Source: Chrysomallon squamiferum (taxonomy: Eukaryota > Animalia > Mollusca). From it: a stretch of DNA of 64,000 bases. This document shows, in pieces, positions 27,661-42,278 of the stretch (its first letter is position 1; the number at the start of each line of letters is the position of its first letter). The stretch lies in contig CM022673.1 of NCBI GenBank assembly GCA_012295275.1, positions 12,834,001 through 12,898,000 of the forward strand. Reading direction: 5' to 3'. The position numbers and the translations under genes were made by a program. The notes below the pieces were generated by a model that had not been told where the DNA came from, searched no databases, and saw nothing but the letters and a program-made list of their open reading frames with translations.

Positions 27661-30600
27661 AACAGACATCATCATCAGATTTTCTTTCACATTCCCACCA
27701 TTTTACAGAAATCCTGACATTTTTGAAAAATCTCATTTTAATAGCATTCTCTCTTTCTTTAACTAACGAAGTTAATTATCTGTTAACAAAATGAAGTAAA
27801 TAAAAAATAAAAACAAATGTACAAGAAGGTATTAAACAACAACAACAACAAAAAAAAAGATCTTCACCTTAAAAAAAACTTTGAGTTGGTTTAATCAACG
27901 GAGACAAATTAATGGCTGAGGGGTTAGAGACGTGCCAACATTAAATCTTTTCCTTTTTTTTTTTCTTTTTTTTCCTGTCTGCTTCAGGTTACACCCACAG
28001 GTAAAGCAATCAATTAATTAGTGTGTGAACGCAAAGAAGAGGATGTCCAGAAGAACAGAGAATTCCCAGAATGCTTCTGTAGAAGAGGAAGTTGTTATGA
28101 GAGTACAACTGAAATTCGTTTTTAAAGTAAATTCCAACACACAGGAGCATCAGAGTGTTAGTGTCATGCTTAGACTTGTTTTTTTTAAAAACTTTGGTTC
28201 TGTGTTTAAAAAATTAGAACTGTAAAAAATATTTTTGAAAAAAAGAAAATGGATTTCTGAAGGCGCACGTTTTTTAAATATTTAATAATAATAATAATAA
28301 ATATTTATTATTACTACTACTACTTCTACAACCACCACTACTACTACTTCAAGGCCTCAGCTAAACTCTCTGAAATGAGGCAAAATTTCTTAATCGCAAC
28401 GATGTCAGTAGACTTCAAACGGTAACCTGTAGACATAAACGAATTCATTCAGTGGATATCATTTCCATCGGAATAAAGATTTATGTTTTAAAAATAAAAC
28501 CCTTGTATAAATAAAAAATAATAAATAAATAAATAAATAAATAAAATAAATGAATAAAATAAATTCGTCAATTTCGATATGAGGCATTTGCCTTAGTTAA
28601 GTTATGGCCATGTATTATTATTGCTGTTTTTCGTGTTGTTGTTGTTGTTTTGTATGTGTGTTGTGGGAGGAGGTTTGCATTTGTTGTTTAAATGGAAATT
28701 AATCATTAATAAACGAAGACAGAAATTCCTAACGAAAACCTTTGGGCTGTATTCTGTACTCGTGTAAATATTATTGCAAATATCCTTGAGTAATCTGACT
28801 CACAAATGAAGAAGATGACAGCAGGTCATTATAATCAAACGAACTTTTAAAAAAGAAACAGAAAAAAACAGAAAAAAAAAGAAAAAAAGCAAAAAAAAAA
28901 GAAAGGTCTTTAATGAGTTATTTTTGCTCACAGGTAAAAGTGAGTCGGACGCCGCTTATAACGATATTCGCCGAAAACTGCCAGACGCGCGCTGAACGTA
29001 TGTATGAAAAGTCAAAGATTATTCTGGTTTTGCTTGAAAGATGCTTGATAAAAAAAATAAAAAGAAATAGGTTGAAATCTTGTGTAATAACAAGCCTGCT
29101 TGTAACAAAGATGTTTTTGTTTTATCAAGACAAGATTTCTTTGAAAGATGTCGAAGGTTTTTGGTTGCCGTTGCCTTGAAAAAAGAGTCAAACTTTTTTG
29201 ATAATTTTTTTTTTTTTTTTTTTTCAAACGTTCGCCTACGCTTTCTAGTCACTGATAAAAAAAAATAATAATAAATAAAAGGCGTGATTTGATGTCAGCG
29301 ATTATGATGATCTTATTACGAAGAAATAAAAGAAAGTCCGACATGAATGGCGCATTCGTCGTAAATAACATAAAGTGAAAAGAGATCACTGAACATTAAT
29401 TATCCGATCGAGTCAAATAGACGGTAAAATTACGCCAGATAAAATCATAATGTCCCATGAATAGTGAATGTAACATTTCTCATACTAACAGTTTTAAAAT
29501 TTTGAAAGTATGGCAGCTGTCAAAGTTTTTGTTTCTCTGTTGATACGAGAGGTGTGTGCGCGCACGTGTGTGTGGATTAGATAGATCCGTACATAGGTAT
29601 GTAGGTGGGTAAGGAGGTAGGTAGGTAGATAATAAGCTAGGTAGATAGATATAGAGTTATATACAGATAGAAAAATAAGAAGAAAAATACATGGATTCAC
29701 AGATACACATTCATTTATATAGTTATTTTTAGGAAATTCCTTTTTTTTTTTTTTAAATCGGAGACTGTGAATGTAAAAAAAAATCCCTATCTGCTAACAA
29801 CAACAGTAAATTCCACCATATGGCGTCAGTAGTGTCCTGTGTTATCTTTAATCAAACTACGCACTCACAGATTAACAGCATTCCGAGTGCGTTATTAAAT
29901 AAAATATTCCTTTCCTTTGCACCCAACAGCAAGCTGTTCCTTTAAAACGGATCAAATCTCTATTAGTGAGAGAGTTCTGCTTGACAGATCCAATATCAAA
30001 GATTTCCCTGTGCATTAGAACGTGCGACTGTGTGCTGTCATCACTATCGTACTCCGCATCTCCCGGGATACACTGATACTGTTGTGCTCTTCATGATACT
30101 GTTTCATTTGTCCAGATCAACGTCATCTCAACGTCTCTGTTTCACTGGATTAATAATGTCAGGGATGGATTCAGGAACTGGGTTTATTGTAATGGTGGTT
30201 GTACTATCTCAGATAAACTGGTTTTTATTACAATGAAGAATAAAAAAAATAAAAAATTATAATTATTGTTAGAAGTGCCAAAAAAACAGAAAAAAAAGAA
30301 TTGTCAATGTACATCATGTTTACCCCATAATATCCATTTCCATCCAAATAGATCCTTGTTCAACCCATGTTCTTAATACGTTGATCCATATTCACCTAGC
30401 TAGATCCACGTTCACATCACTAAATCCATGTTAACCCACTCTGCATGTGGAGGTGGAAATTATCCTGACATGTTGTAATATATTTAACAAAAAAAAATCA
30501 GTGACAAGAGAGAATGAATGAATGAATGAATGAATGAATGAATGAATGAATGAAATAGTATGTACTAATCTCATTAGTCATCAAATTAATGTTTTTTTTT

Positions 30601-31675
30601 TTTTTTTAATAATAACAGAATAATAATATGTAAGAAAAGAATGAACTATCACTATTCCAAAAGAATATACATGTACTGTAAGTAGCAGTAAATTATCCTT
30701 TACATCTACCTTCACATATACAGGAAAACTAAAACCACCATCTTTGATATATGAGTTAGACTGGGAAACATCCTAACTTGAACTCTGGGAATTGATTTGA
30801 CCTCAGTACCTATCAGACCACAGGTGAATGCCATAATTATACATTTTAGTTATAGCCAATTCCATGTCAGAGAAGATTGCCAAATTCAAAAATAATTTAT
30901 ACACTGAAACGACTGACTGTTTTAATACGATTCTGTGAAAAACCTTTAATCTTTAAAACAAACATTTGTTTTTACTTAACTAAACGATTTTCAGTCTGAT
31001 TATTGTTTTGTTTATAAACACAGTTGTGGAGATGTATTAAGCAGCATAGTGTGCGTTAAAAAATATCATGAGTTTGTTAACAGTGTCATTTGTTTTCTGG
31101 GTTTTAAAAAAAAAAATAGGATGGTGATAAATCTGAAATAATTCCTTTCTTTTTTCTTTCATTTTCTATCCAGTGAATAAGAGTTAAAGCAGTCATATTT
31201 AGATATATGTAACACACACACTAACAAAACAAACACAAACACATACACACACCCACACACATATACACATGTACACACATACACACACATGTACACATAC
31301 ACTTACTCACATACACATGTACACATACATTTACTCATATACACATGTACACTCACACACACACACACAAGTACTAACCAAAATAGTTTTCAAGCTTAAC
31401 AACTCAGATTTTTTTTAATACTGAACAAACATTAATTAACATCTTCATATAAAAATACACCTTTTTCTCTTTTTCTTCTTCTTCTGGCAAAATCATTAAC
31501 ACTATTGATAAATATTTTTATGTCTTTCCATCTAATCATTTCAGAAGTAAGCTTTTTTATGGGTTTTTTTTTTTATTATTATTATTTCTGTAGTGACCTT
31601 TTTGTACTTTTATTTTCAGTTTCTGGAATAATCTGTGTGTGTGCGAGTGTGTGTGCATGCGTGTGTGTGCGTGTG

Positions 31676-31716
<41 letters not shown>

Positions 31717-32244
31717 AAAAAAATAACTCTTATACAAACAGTATTTGCCTTAAAGAAGTAGAAATGATGTGTAGTTTTAAAAATCGTAAATAGAAAAGGA
31801 GAAGCCATTGGTGTTTTGGTGACTATTGTTTATATTGATACTAATAGCAGTAGTAGCTGTAGCAATATAATTAGTATTGGTAGTGACAGTAGTAGTAATA
31901 GTAGTAGTAGAATATTATCATTATTATGAAATAAAAATTAATTCGTTAGTTAATAAATAATAATAACAGTAAAAATAAATGATATTAATTTAATGGTTGA
32001 AATACGAATATTATCCTATTATATTATTACCATTCGACTTAAAGTAATGTTAACAAAAATCTAAAGGAAATTTAACAAACAAAATATTTTAGGAAATGCT
32101 TAGTTTAAGACAAAGAATACAGTTGGATAAGTAACTCACAATGATATATTTAGAAAGATATTGCAAATACTGGCACTCTCCTATTGTAATGTTTTTGTCT
32201 CATCTTGCAGAAATGCAGAAGTGCAGAAAGTTAATGGAAAGAAA

Positions 32245-33353
32245 ACCAAAAGAACTATTCTGAAAATAAACAGTGTAAATATAACTTTGGTTAGTTATAT
32301 TCAGATATGTGTACATACTTACAAACACATATGTACAAATACATAGATATTCAAATATACAAACATGCATACTACAATATGTATATTTCAAAGAATGACA
32401 AAAGCTTATTATAATTACACTATTTTATCTAATGTTTGACAGTTTGTATTAAAATTTATTAAATATTGTGTTCCTCATATATATTTATATATATATATAT
32501 ATATAAACATTCATAAATACATAAATAAATAAATATATATATATATATATAAAAATTCATAAATACATAAATAAATATATATATATACACAATAACATAC
32601 ATACATATACAGATACAGACATACATACATACCTAGAAACCTACCTATCTACCTATACACAAATATATGTACTCATAAACAAACACATTTACAGATTTAC
32701 ATATATAAAAATATAACCACAAACATACAAACACAAACAAACACACACACACACACACACACACATACACACATACACACTACACTAGTTCATATTCTGA
32801 TTTCATAGTATTGTTCACAATGATAGAAAGAAAACAGAAAGAAGAACAAATGGAAGAATAAATAGCTAGCAGAGTAGATGTAACCTAGGGATAATTGGCT
32901 TACAATTGTTGTGTTTCAAAAATATCTGTGAAGCTGGAGGGCAAGACAAGAGAAAGATTTACAATAACAAGAAGATTTGCAGTTTTTTTTACACGACACA
33001 CAGATAAATAGTGTTTATCTTGGAACATTCTGGTAAGTATGACATTACAGGCATGCTTGATGATACATACATATATAGACATGCAAACATAATACATAAA
33101 AACACATATATATGCCTATCCATTTAAATACATATATAGTTAATACCAAAAGAACTATTCTGAAAATAAACAGTGTAAATATAACTTTGGTTAGTTATAT
33201 TCAGATATGTATACATACTTACATACACATATGTACAAATATATAGGTATTCAAACATACAAAAATGCATACTACAATATGTATATTTCAAAGAATGACA
33301 AAAGCTTATTATAATTACACTATTTGTATCTAATGTTTGACAGTTTGTATTAA
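32245..33353 (+). repeat. ~205-bp direct repeat pair (32245-32452 and 33145-33353), 900 bp apart
   Basis: ACCAAAAGAACTATTCTGAAAATAAACAGTG...GACAGTTTGTATTAA occurs twice with few mismatches. Confidence 0.92.
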
Positions 33354-35499
33354 TGCATACATACATACATACAGACATGCATACATAAAAACACATAGAT
33401 GTATACATACACACACAGTGATAAACACACACACACACACACACACACATGCAGCTATTTACATACATATATACAATACATACACAAACAGACCACCATA
33501 ATGTTTCTAGAATTTTCTCACGTTTTCTAAACTAAAATTATTATTTTTATTAAGAAAAAACAGTAATTTCATTTGAATCCATAAACCTTAGCCACATCAC
33601 GTTTTCACCTGGGTGGACAGTTTCACATTTCATAAATTAATTAACTTTTGTTTAAAAACACATCAGCAAATGTAGAAACTATCACATATTACCTTTCAGA
33701 CACATGGTTTTTATTAATAATGTCATAGAGAGCAAGCCGAGTGAGCTAATTTTAACAAATAGCAGAAAGGAATCTTCAATATGAACCCTCCCATAAACAG
33801 CTTTTATATATCAGTTAAAGAGTACAGGTTGTAACTGCAAATATATCACTGTGAAAAGTGCGTTTCTTTTGAACTTTAAAATCTGAAAACAGATCTATAT
33901 AATTTATTATATTATTATATCAAATGAATGAATGTTTACTTCAAGACTGACACAGAAAAATCTTTTCACATTAGCTGTTATAAAACGTGATCAGAGAAAT
34001 GTGATGCTATTCAGAAATTGTTGAGGAATGAAGATTTATTAGAGAAATCACTGAAACAGTTGAAAGTGTTTAAGCCAGGGAAATGGTCAAGAGATGAAGA
34101 TCATCCATCTTAGACAGAACTGGACAACAGAAGACAGAAAAAGTGGATTACAAACTGAAACAGGAATCAAGAGATTAAGTGTGATATCACAGCTTTAAAC
34201 CTTTGTAATTCCAGGGTGTTATAAACACAGTTATTATTAACAGTCTGATTCTAAAACTGGCATCATGAAATTTGACATTAAAACAAAAAAAAAAAAAAAA
34301 AAAGATTTTCATAAAAATGTTTATCTCTGTTTATCATGTGACTTGCAAAAAAAATGAAATGATCTTGGTAAAAGTGTAATTGTAATTTGATTGACCAAAT
34401 TCATAGATAGCAATTTTTAAAAATGTGTCCATTTATGTAAGTGTGTGTATAATATACATACACACACATACACAAACAGATGCATTTCTAAAATTGCTAT
34501 ATATGAATTTGATCAATCAGTCAACATATATATATATATATATATATATATCTAGATATACATACATGCAGATATGCACAGGCATGTTTTGTATCTGTAT
34601 TGTTTTATTGTCATATTTTGTTATTCACAATGATAAGTCACCCAAAACAACACAATTAAAATTTGGAAGCATAAATAATTTCATTACGCCATTTATTCAC
34701 ACAAAGGCAGGAATACTTTAATTAAAAATTCATTTTGTTCGAGGAAGGACAACATCACTGGAGATGTTCTCTGAAACTGGAGCTGTTTACAAAATGTCCA
34801 ATTTTCACAACTCAGTTAATCACTTTCTTCAGGGTATAATGAAATTAATTAGGATTCAAGGATTCATGCAAATGTTATTAAATATCACTTGCTCAAGTGA
34901 GACAAAGTGGGAAGCTGAGATCAAATATTTATAATCAGGTTTACTTCAGAGTTCAGAGATAAATAAATTACGTTAATGTATGACAAAAATGTCGGGGCAA
35001 AATATTTTAACTAAAGAAACAAATTTATAAGAATTAACGTTGTTGATAAGGGAAATAATAATTGAATGAATGAATGAGCCAATAATAAAATGAATAAGTA
35101 AATATGCAGACGATTATTTAAGTGAATAAATGAATTAAAATTAAAAAATAAAATTAATGAATTAACAAATAAATAAGTGAATGAGTGAATGAATAAATAC
35201 ATGAGTAAATAAAAATAAATGAAAAAATTAAAATTTGAATGAATGAATATGAAAAAAATAATGAGTACCACTAACATTTTATCTTAATATCAAATCCATC
35301 AGTAACAAATATAGCAATTTTTGAAGATGATAGATTCAAGTCTTATAGGAGCCACAAGTTCAGTTCTTGATATGTCATTGGTTCTATCCTTGTAGGACTT
35401 ATAGGTCCAATCCTTGTAGGGGTCAATCCTTTTTCAATGCTTTTTAGGATTACAGACCAATCCTAGACTGCTATGTCCACGAATTTTGACTAAAGTATC

Positions 35500-35630
35500 A
35501 AAAACCATTGCATCTGTTGTCCTGTTTAAGAGAAGGTGCATATGTGACATTTCTTACTGCTAATCAAAAAGAGTAGCCTGCAGTTTGAACAGTCACTTTC
35601 TTCTCTCATTAAGCATACTTAAAACATGTA
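35500..35630 (+). mobile_element. Deu/Nin-domain SINE fragment
   Basis: TCCTGTTTAAGAGAAGGTGCATATGTGACATTTCTTACTGCTAATCAAAAAGAGTAGCCTG matches the core. Confidence 0.65.
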
Positions 35631-36817
35631 TCTATTTTACCACCAATTTTATTTGGATTCTAGCAGGTTTTTAAATTAAAAGTCATCGGACATACGATAA
35701 CATTATAAAACAACATAAAGAACAAAGAATTTTAAGTTTTAACTTTTTTACAAAAACTGAGATGCTAAGAATACATACATTGTCACAACATATAAAATAA
35801 AATAATAAAATGAAAGAAAAGAAAATTATGTTAAAAACAGAATTATAACATAAAAAGTAACACAATAACTGTAATAATGCAACAGAGTGCATTGTGATAT
35901 AAAAATAAAAATAAAATATAAACTGTACAAAAAAATTAAATTACTATTAAAACAAAAATTGTTTTTAAAATAACTTAAAATGACAATTAAAACTGCAATT
36001 AAAATTAAAATTAATTTTAATAAATAAAATAAAATTAGTATATAAATAACCAAAGTCAAAACAAACAACCAAAAAATTTGTTTTAACAAAAATACACATA
36101 CAGAAAAGCTTTCAATATAATATTCTCAATAGACAGAATGAATTTTTTGTTTTCATCATTAAATAATTATATTTTTGTATTAGTTTTGTAATTTTAATTT
36201 GAATTTTTTATTTTAATTTTTTTTTTTCTTATCACTACAGGATGAATTCAAACAACACTTAAAAATCAAGGATAAAAAAACATCTTTAAATAAATTACTT
36301 TTTGACGGGATAAATAACAGATATTCTGTCAATTCGACATTTTGTGATAACAGTTTTTATGTCATTTTATTATAGAATTAACATTAAAAATCATTGAAAA
36401 AAATGAATTCATAGCTGCTTGTTAAAAATGGCTTCACTAGATGCGTGGTTAAAGTATTGTTATTATCTGTAGACACAAGTTGTATAAACACTCTTTAATT
36501 ATGGTTTCAAAAACAAAATTCTAAAAATACACACAGATACAGACAGTCAGGAAATAAATGTCCTGAAACCAGCCTCTTCATTCAATTCATAATTTATTTT
36601 ACTTTTATTTTATTTATTTATTTTTTTTTTTTTTTATTTTTTATTTATTTATTTATTTATTTTTAACTTTTTTATATATTTATTTATTATCTTTCAGTTT
36701 TACTTATTTTTAGTTACTTATATATTTACTTTTATTATTATTATTATTATTTTATAATTTTAATCAAGTTGTTTAAATAATTATATTTTATTATTATTAT
36801 TATTATTATTATTATCA

Positions 36818-36912
<95 letters not shown>

Positions 36913-37309
36913 ATATTTTAAACAACACATTAAATCTTTTTTATAATTTTGGATTCTGTTCTCCCTTTCTTCTTTCTTTCCATTTTTCTTTTTCCTTTCT
37001 CTCTCTCTCTGTATTCTTTTCTCTCTCTCAAAAACGAACCACCTGTTTTCAACACAAGCTTACACAAGTCAGACAGAGGGTAATACAGAACAAGCCAGTC
37101 TTTAGTCTCTTACTGGTAAATTCTTCTCTGCTTTTATCCCAAGGATTTCAAACTTTATCTACCACTCAACAGAGCTGAAGGCAATTCTTCAGTGATACAA
37201 GCAATCCAAACACCACTCCTTCTGTTAGGCCTGGTGTTTCACATGAAAAGCTTTGTCTAGAAATCTGACAGAGGCTGGGTTTAGCACAGTGATGCACATT
37301 CAGCTGTGG

Positions 37310-37420
37310 AAAGATAAGGGTTGTAGGACCAGTCCCCAGTGGGTGCAGTTGCTGAATAATTTCCCATTCCACTCAAAGCTCTATTATAGTTGTATGACGT
37401 GATGGCTGTAGTGTGTGTTT
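37310..37420 (+). mobile_element. 5' (tRNA-head-proximal) fragment of the same SINE family
   Basis: GTAGGACCAGTCCCCAGTGGG...ATTTCCCATTCCA resembles the 11.05 kb and 9.36 kb copies. Confidence 0.4.
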
Positions 37421-37454
37421 TTATATTTATGGGATATATGTGTATTAATATCAA

Positions 37455-38381
37455 CATGCATAAAATCACCATCTCTGTATGAACATTAATATGTATACAA
37501 AAAGCACACACATGTATGAACATCAGTGTGTATAAAAACACTCACTGCATGAAAAACCCACAGTCTGTATGAAATTCAGTATGATTAAAAGCATAAACTG
37601 TGTATGAACATCAACATACATAAAAGCAAAAACTATGTATGAACTTCAATGTGTATAAAAGCACACACTCTGTATGAACATCAACATGTATAAACACAGT
37701 GTGTAACAGCATGCAGTGTGTATGGACATCAGCATGTATAACAACACATACTGTGTGTATGAACATCAGCATGTATAACAACACACACTGTGTATGAACA
37801 TCAGCATGTATAACAACACACACTGTGTATGAACATCAACATGTATAACAACACACAGTGTGTATGAACATCAACATGTATAACAACACACTGTGTGTAT
37901 GAACATCATCATGTATAACAACACTGTATATGAACATAAGCATGTATAACAACACACACTATGTATGAACATCAACATGTATAACAGAACACACTTTGTA
38001 TGAACATCAACATGTATAACAACAACTGTGTGTATAAACATCAGCATGTATAACAGCACACACTGTGTGTATGAACATCAGCATGTATAACAACACACAC
38101 TGTGTATATGAACATCAACATGTATAACAACACACAGTGTGTATGAACATCAGCATGTATAACAGCACACACACTGTGTGTATGAACATCAGCATGTATA
38201 ACAACACACTGTGTGTATGAACATCAGCATGTATAACAACACACTGTGTGTATGAACATCAGCATGTATAACAACACACACTGTGTGTATGAACATCAAC
38301 ATGTATAACAACATACACTGTGTGTATGAACATCAGCCTGTATAACAACACACACAGTGTATGAACATCAGCCTGTATAAC
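37455..38381. repeat. ~31-35-bp minisatellite (GTGTATGAACATCAGCATGTATAACAACACACACT)
   Basis: Tandem unit with variable (AC)n/(GT)n linker; degenerate at left, homogeneous at right. Confidence 0.95.
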
Positions 38382-39498
38382 AGTGGTGTTAAGCCTGTGT
38401 CAGTGGGAAGACATGAGAAATCCCACGTGTCATGTCAGAGTTTATCTCAGCTGTTCAGATCAGCTGGGAAACAGGAGCTGAGACTCCAGCCTCTGTCTTC
38501 ACTGCTCCTTAATACATGTTTGTACAGATAAAGGGTTATCTGGGGTTTTTTGAAAAAAAAAAACAATAACACGTCTACTGTTTGTTTTAAAACAGCAAAA
38601 ATGTTTACAAGTTTTTGTTTTTGTGGCTGAATATTGTAAATAGAAGGTTTATTGCAAAATACAATTTAGTAATTTGTTGTTTACATGCTGTTTACCTCTA
38701 CTAAATGATGAATGGTATTAAACTGTTTACATATTTTTATTATGTACAGTGTAGAATTTGTTTATATGTTTTTAAGCTAATGCTTAGTATGATATGTAAA
38801 ACTATTAAATTCTTTACATAATTTCTTTTTCTTCCTATTCATTGGTACAGGGTTTCATTCTTTAAAATGCTTATACACATGTTCTAAACAATGTATTGTT
38901 TACCTTCTGAACACCATTATTTGTAAAACATGGAAAACATTAAACTGTTTTCATATTTGTGTATATGTGTGTGTATGTATGCATGCATGCATGAATGTGA
39001 ATGCATGTGTGTGTAGCTGTTTCTGAGTATGTACGTTTGTATATGTTTATGTGTTTGTATCTACATACGTATGTATCCTGTTTATGATTATGTAAACAAT
39101 ATAGGAATTGTTACATTGTTTACAAATGTTTACAACTAATTAAATAACAAGAATTACATTACTGAACTGTTTACAAATTTTGGGACAAAGGTTTTTGGGA
39201 GAATTTGTTTAAGTTGTTTATGTACTTTGTGCAGCTAATGAGTACAGGTGACATTTTGTTCAAACTTTCATTGCCACTTCGCTATCAGGTTGCATAATAT
39301 CAATAGCAAAGCATTACAGCGTGTGACAAAACTGATGTTTGTTAGAGCTATTGATTGAGATAAGGAACAGAAGCAAACAGAATACACAGCTGTGGAAATT
39401 TCCTGGTCTAAGTTACGAAAGGTTTTAGTCAAACGAAGAAAGAAATATTCTATTTAACATTATTTTCAGTACCATTATATTGCATGGTTATACAATAT

Positions 39499-39558
<60 letters not shown>

Positions 39559-39586
39559 TATATACACACACACATATATATGTGTG

Positions 39587-39628
<42 letters not shown>

Positions 39629-39690
39629 AATACATTCATATGTATATACATATATATGTGTATGTGTTTGTATATTCATATAGATATATT

Positions 39691-39725
<35 letters not shown>

Positions 39726-39759
39726 AAGATGATATAGATAATGAGAGCTGAAACATCTT

Positions 39760-39960
39760 GTCACAATGCAATAGGTTACTCTTTTATAGTTAGCTGCAAG
39801 AAATATTTTAATCTAGACCCTCTCATAAACAGGAAAGAAAAAAAATCATGGTATCTGAAAAATCATTGGTGGCACTCTGGCTGGAATAGGAAATTTGCTA
39901 ATGTGTCCACTGAGAAGGATAGATCCAGTGACCTAACATGTCTCAGTTTAGTTATCTCAC
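39760..39960 (-). mobile_element. Decayed tRNA-derived Deu/Nin-domain SINE, long copy
   Basis: TAGGTTACTCTTTTATAGTTAGCTGCAAGAAATATTTTAAT..CTCTCATAAACAGGAAAG...CTGGCTGGAATAGGAAAT...GGATAGATCC follows the reverse complement of the recalled molluscan consensus (CCTGTCTGTGGGA..GTGCATATAAAAGATCCCTTGCTGCTAATCG.AAAGAGTAGCC). Confidence 0.65.
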
Positions 39961-40222
39961 TACTAAGCCAGAACATTTAGTACAAACATATAAAATAATA
40001 ATCACAGCAAAACATTATCATTTTTATCTAAAATTACCTATTTTTGTTCTGATATGAACTCTTCCTCTTTATCTATGGGATTTTATTATTATTATTTTTT
40101 ATTAATATTTATTTCCTTTTTTTTTATTTCCTTTTTTTTTTTTTCCTTTTTTTCAATTTCCTCTTTTTTTCATTTCCTTTTTTATTATCATTTATTTATT
40201 TATTTGTTTACTTATTTATTTA

Positions 40223-40254
<32 letters not shown>

Positions 40255-40419
40255 TTTATTTAATTATGGCAGGGTTTTAAAATTATTTTTATTTATTTAA
40301 TTTTTAATGTGTTCTTTAAATTCAGTTCATATTAAAAAGTTGTATGAAATAGTTATAAATAAACAGCATAGATTGGATTATTAGAATAAAATATGTAAAT
40401 TTTAACAAAAAAAAAAATA

Positions 40420-40470
<51 letters not shown>

Positions 40471-40773
40471 TAATATTATTATTAACAATTTTAAAAAAAA
40501 GATAAGCAAAATATTAAGAATTTTCTACAGCTTAATTTATATTTTATAGTTACAAATTTTTTATGTATTTTCTTAAATTTGTGTGTGTGTGTGTGTGTGT
40601 GTCTTTTAATGTTTTCTCAAAAAGAAAATAAATATATGTTTTATTTAAATAATTCATTACAGTTCATATAAATATACAGTTATAAATTTTTGTCCACACA
40701 CATAGACACACAGCACACATATTAATAAACAGGCATACACACAAATTCTCTACTAAATGCACGCACACACACT

Positions 40774-40822
<49 letters not shown>

Positions 40823-42246
40823 ACACAACAGTTGGAGAATGACAGAAGTAGTTTAAAATAGAATGTTGTTAGAAGTTTATTTTTAGAATTTGTACAAGAG
40901 CAGCACAACAGGATTTTCTGTGAATTTTAAAATGCCATGTCATTACAATCCTTTTATTTTATTTTTTTTTTTTTATTTTTTTATTTCCATACAAATTTTC
41001 GTTCATTAAAAACCGTCATCTTTGTCTGGTTTGAAAAAGAAGAAAAGAAGAAGAAAAAAAATTAAAATGTATCTGAATTAAAAAAAATAAAAAAAAAAAA
41101 ATTGATACATTGGCATTTTTGAATTATAAAAGTGAACAAAAATTGGAATTATTAGTTAGTATGGTGTAAAGAGAGAATGTAATGTAATAAAGAAAGAATG
41201 AAAGACTGAATGAATGAATAATAGAACTAATAAATAAAAGTTGTGTTTGATTTTAAAAATTACAAACAGTGTATAAAACAGTCTTTCACTGAACGCAAAA
41301 AAGATGGACAGATTGATGGATGATTAGACAGAGAGATAGACAGACAGACAGACAGATACATAGAGATATATAGCAATATACAGAAATAAACAGACAGACA
41401 TTTATATAGATAGATAGACTGTCAGATAGATAGATACATTGATAGATGGATAAAGAAACAGATACACAGAAAGATAGATTATATTTGCTTAAATATATAG
41501 GGAGAGAAAGAAAGAATGTGAGAGAGATGGATAGAAAGAAAAAGTAACTATGAATACAACTATTTTAGAAATAGAGTAAAAAATAAATAAAAAAACCAGT
41601 AAAATTTAATAAAAACAAACAAAAAAAATCTTAAAAACTATGAAAAAAAAATTTTTTTTTTTAAAAAAAAGAAAAAAAAGAGAAAAAATCAATTAAAACT
41701 AAGAAAAATTAAATAAAAACTAAGAAAAAATTAAATTAAAACTAAGAGAAAATTAAATAAGATCTAAGACAAAATTAAAACTAAGAAAAATGAAAAAGAA
41801 AAAAAAAAAAAAAAAAAAAACCAGTAATTAGGAAAAAAAAAAGAAAATGAAAACTAAACAAATTAATGATGAGATTAATTCTAAACTTAGAAAAAATAAA
41901 AAACTCTGCTCATTATGAGTCCCCAGGTACTGTGAGACAAAGATGAATTAAAACTGAAAAACATGATTGAGTTAGTAAATAACAAAAAGACAAATTAAAA
42001 AAAAAATGTAAGATGAAAGTAATGTAAGATATCAAAAAAAGCAAAGATGGTAAAAAGAGAAATAAAATTTAAAGGAAGTAATGATAAATATGAAGAAAGA
42101 GAAAGAAAAATAAAATAAATAACTGAATAGCAACATTAAAAAAATGAAAGAAGAAAGTAAAAGCATGAAAGAATGAAGAAAATGAATAAAAAAAGAGAGG
42201 AAATAATGGAAATATATTTCATCCTTCAAAATATTAACAATCACAC

Positions 42247-42278
<32 letters not shown>

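Noticed and set aside
27503-27736. 77-aa minus-strand ORF (MRFFKNVRISVKWW...)
   Set aside because: It overlaps a SINE core fragment and has no recognisable domain or convincing donor.
29870-30240. Coding exon in the CpG-rich segment
   Set aside because: Frames on both strands are short or lack compatible splice sites; no recognisable protein.
32245-33353. LTR/TRIM retroelement
   Set aside because: The direct repeats lack TG...CA termini, PBS/PPT and TSD, and the interior is mostly microsatellite.
37166-37372. 68-aa ORF with complex sequence
   Set aside because: It partly overlaps a SINE head fragment; no splice signals or recognisable motif.
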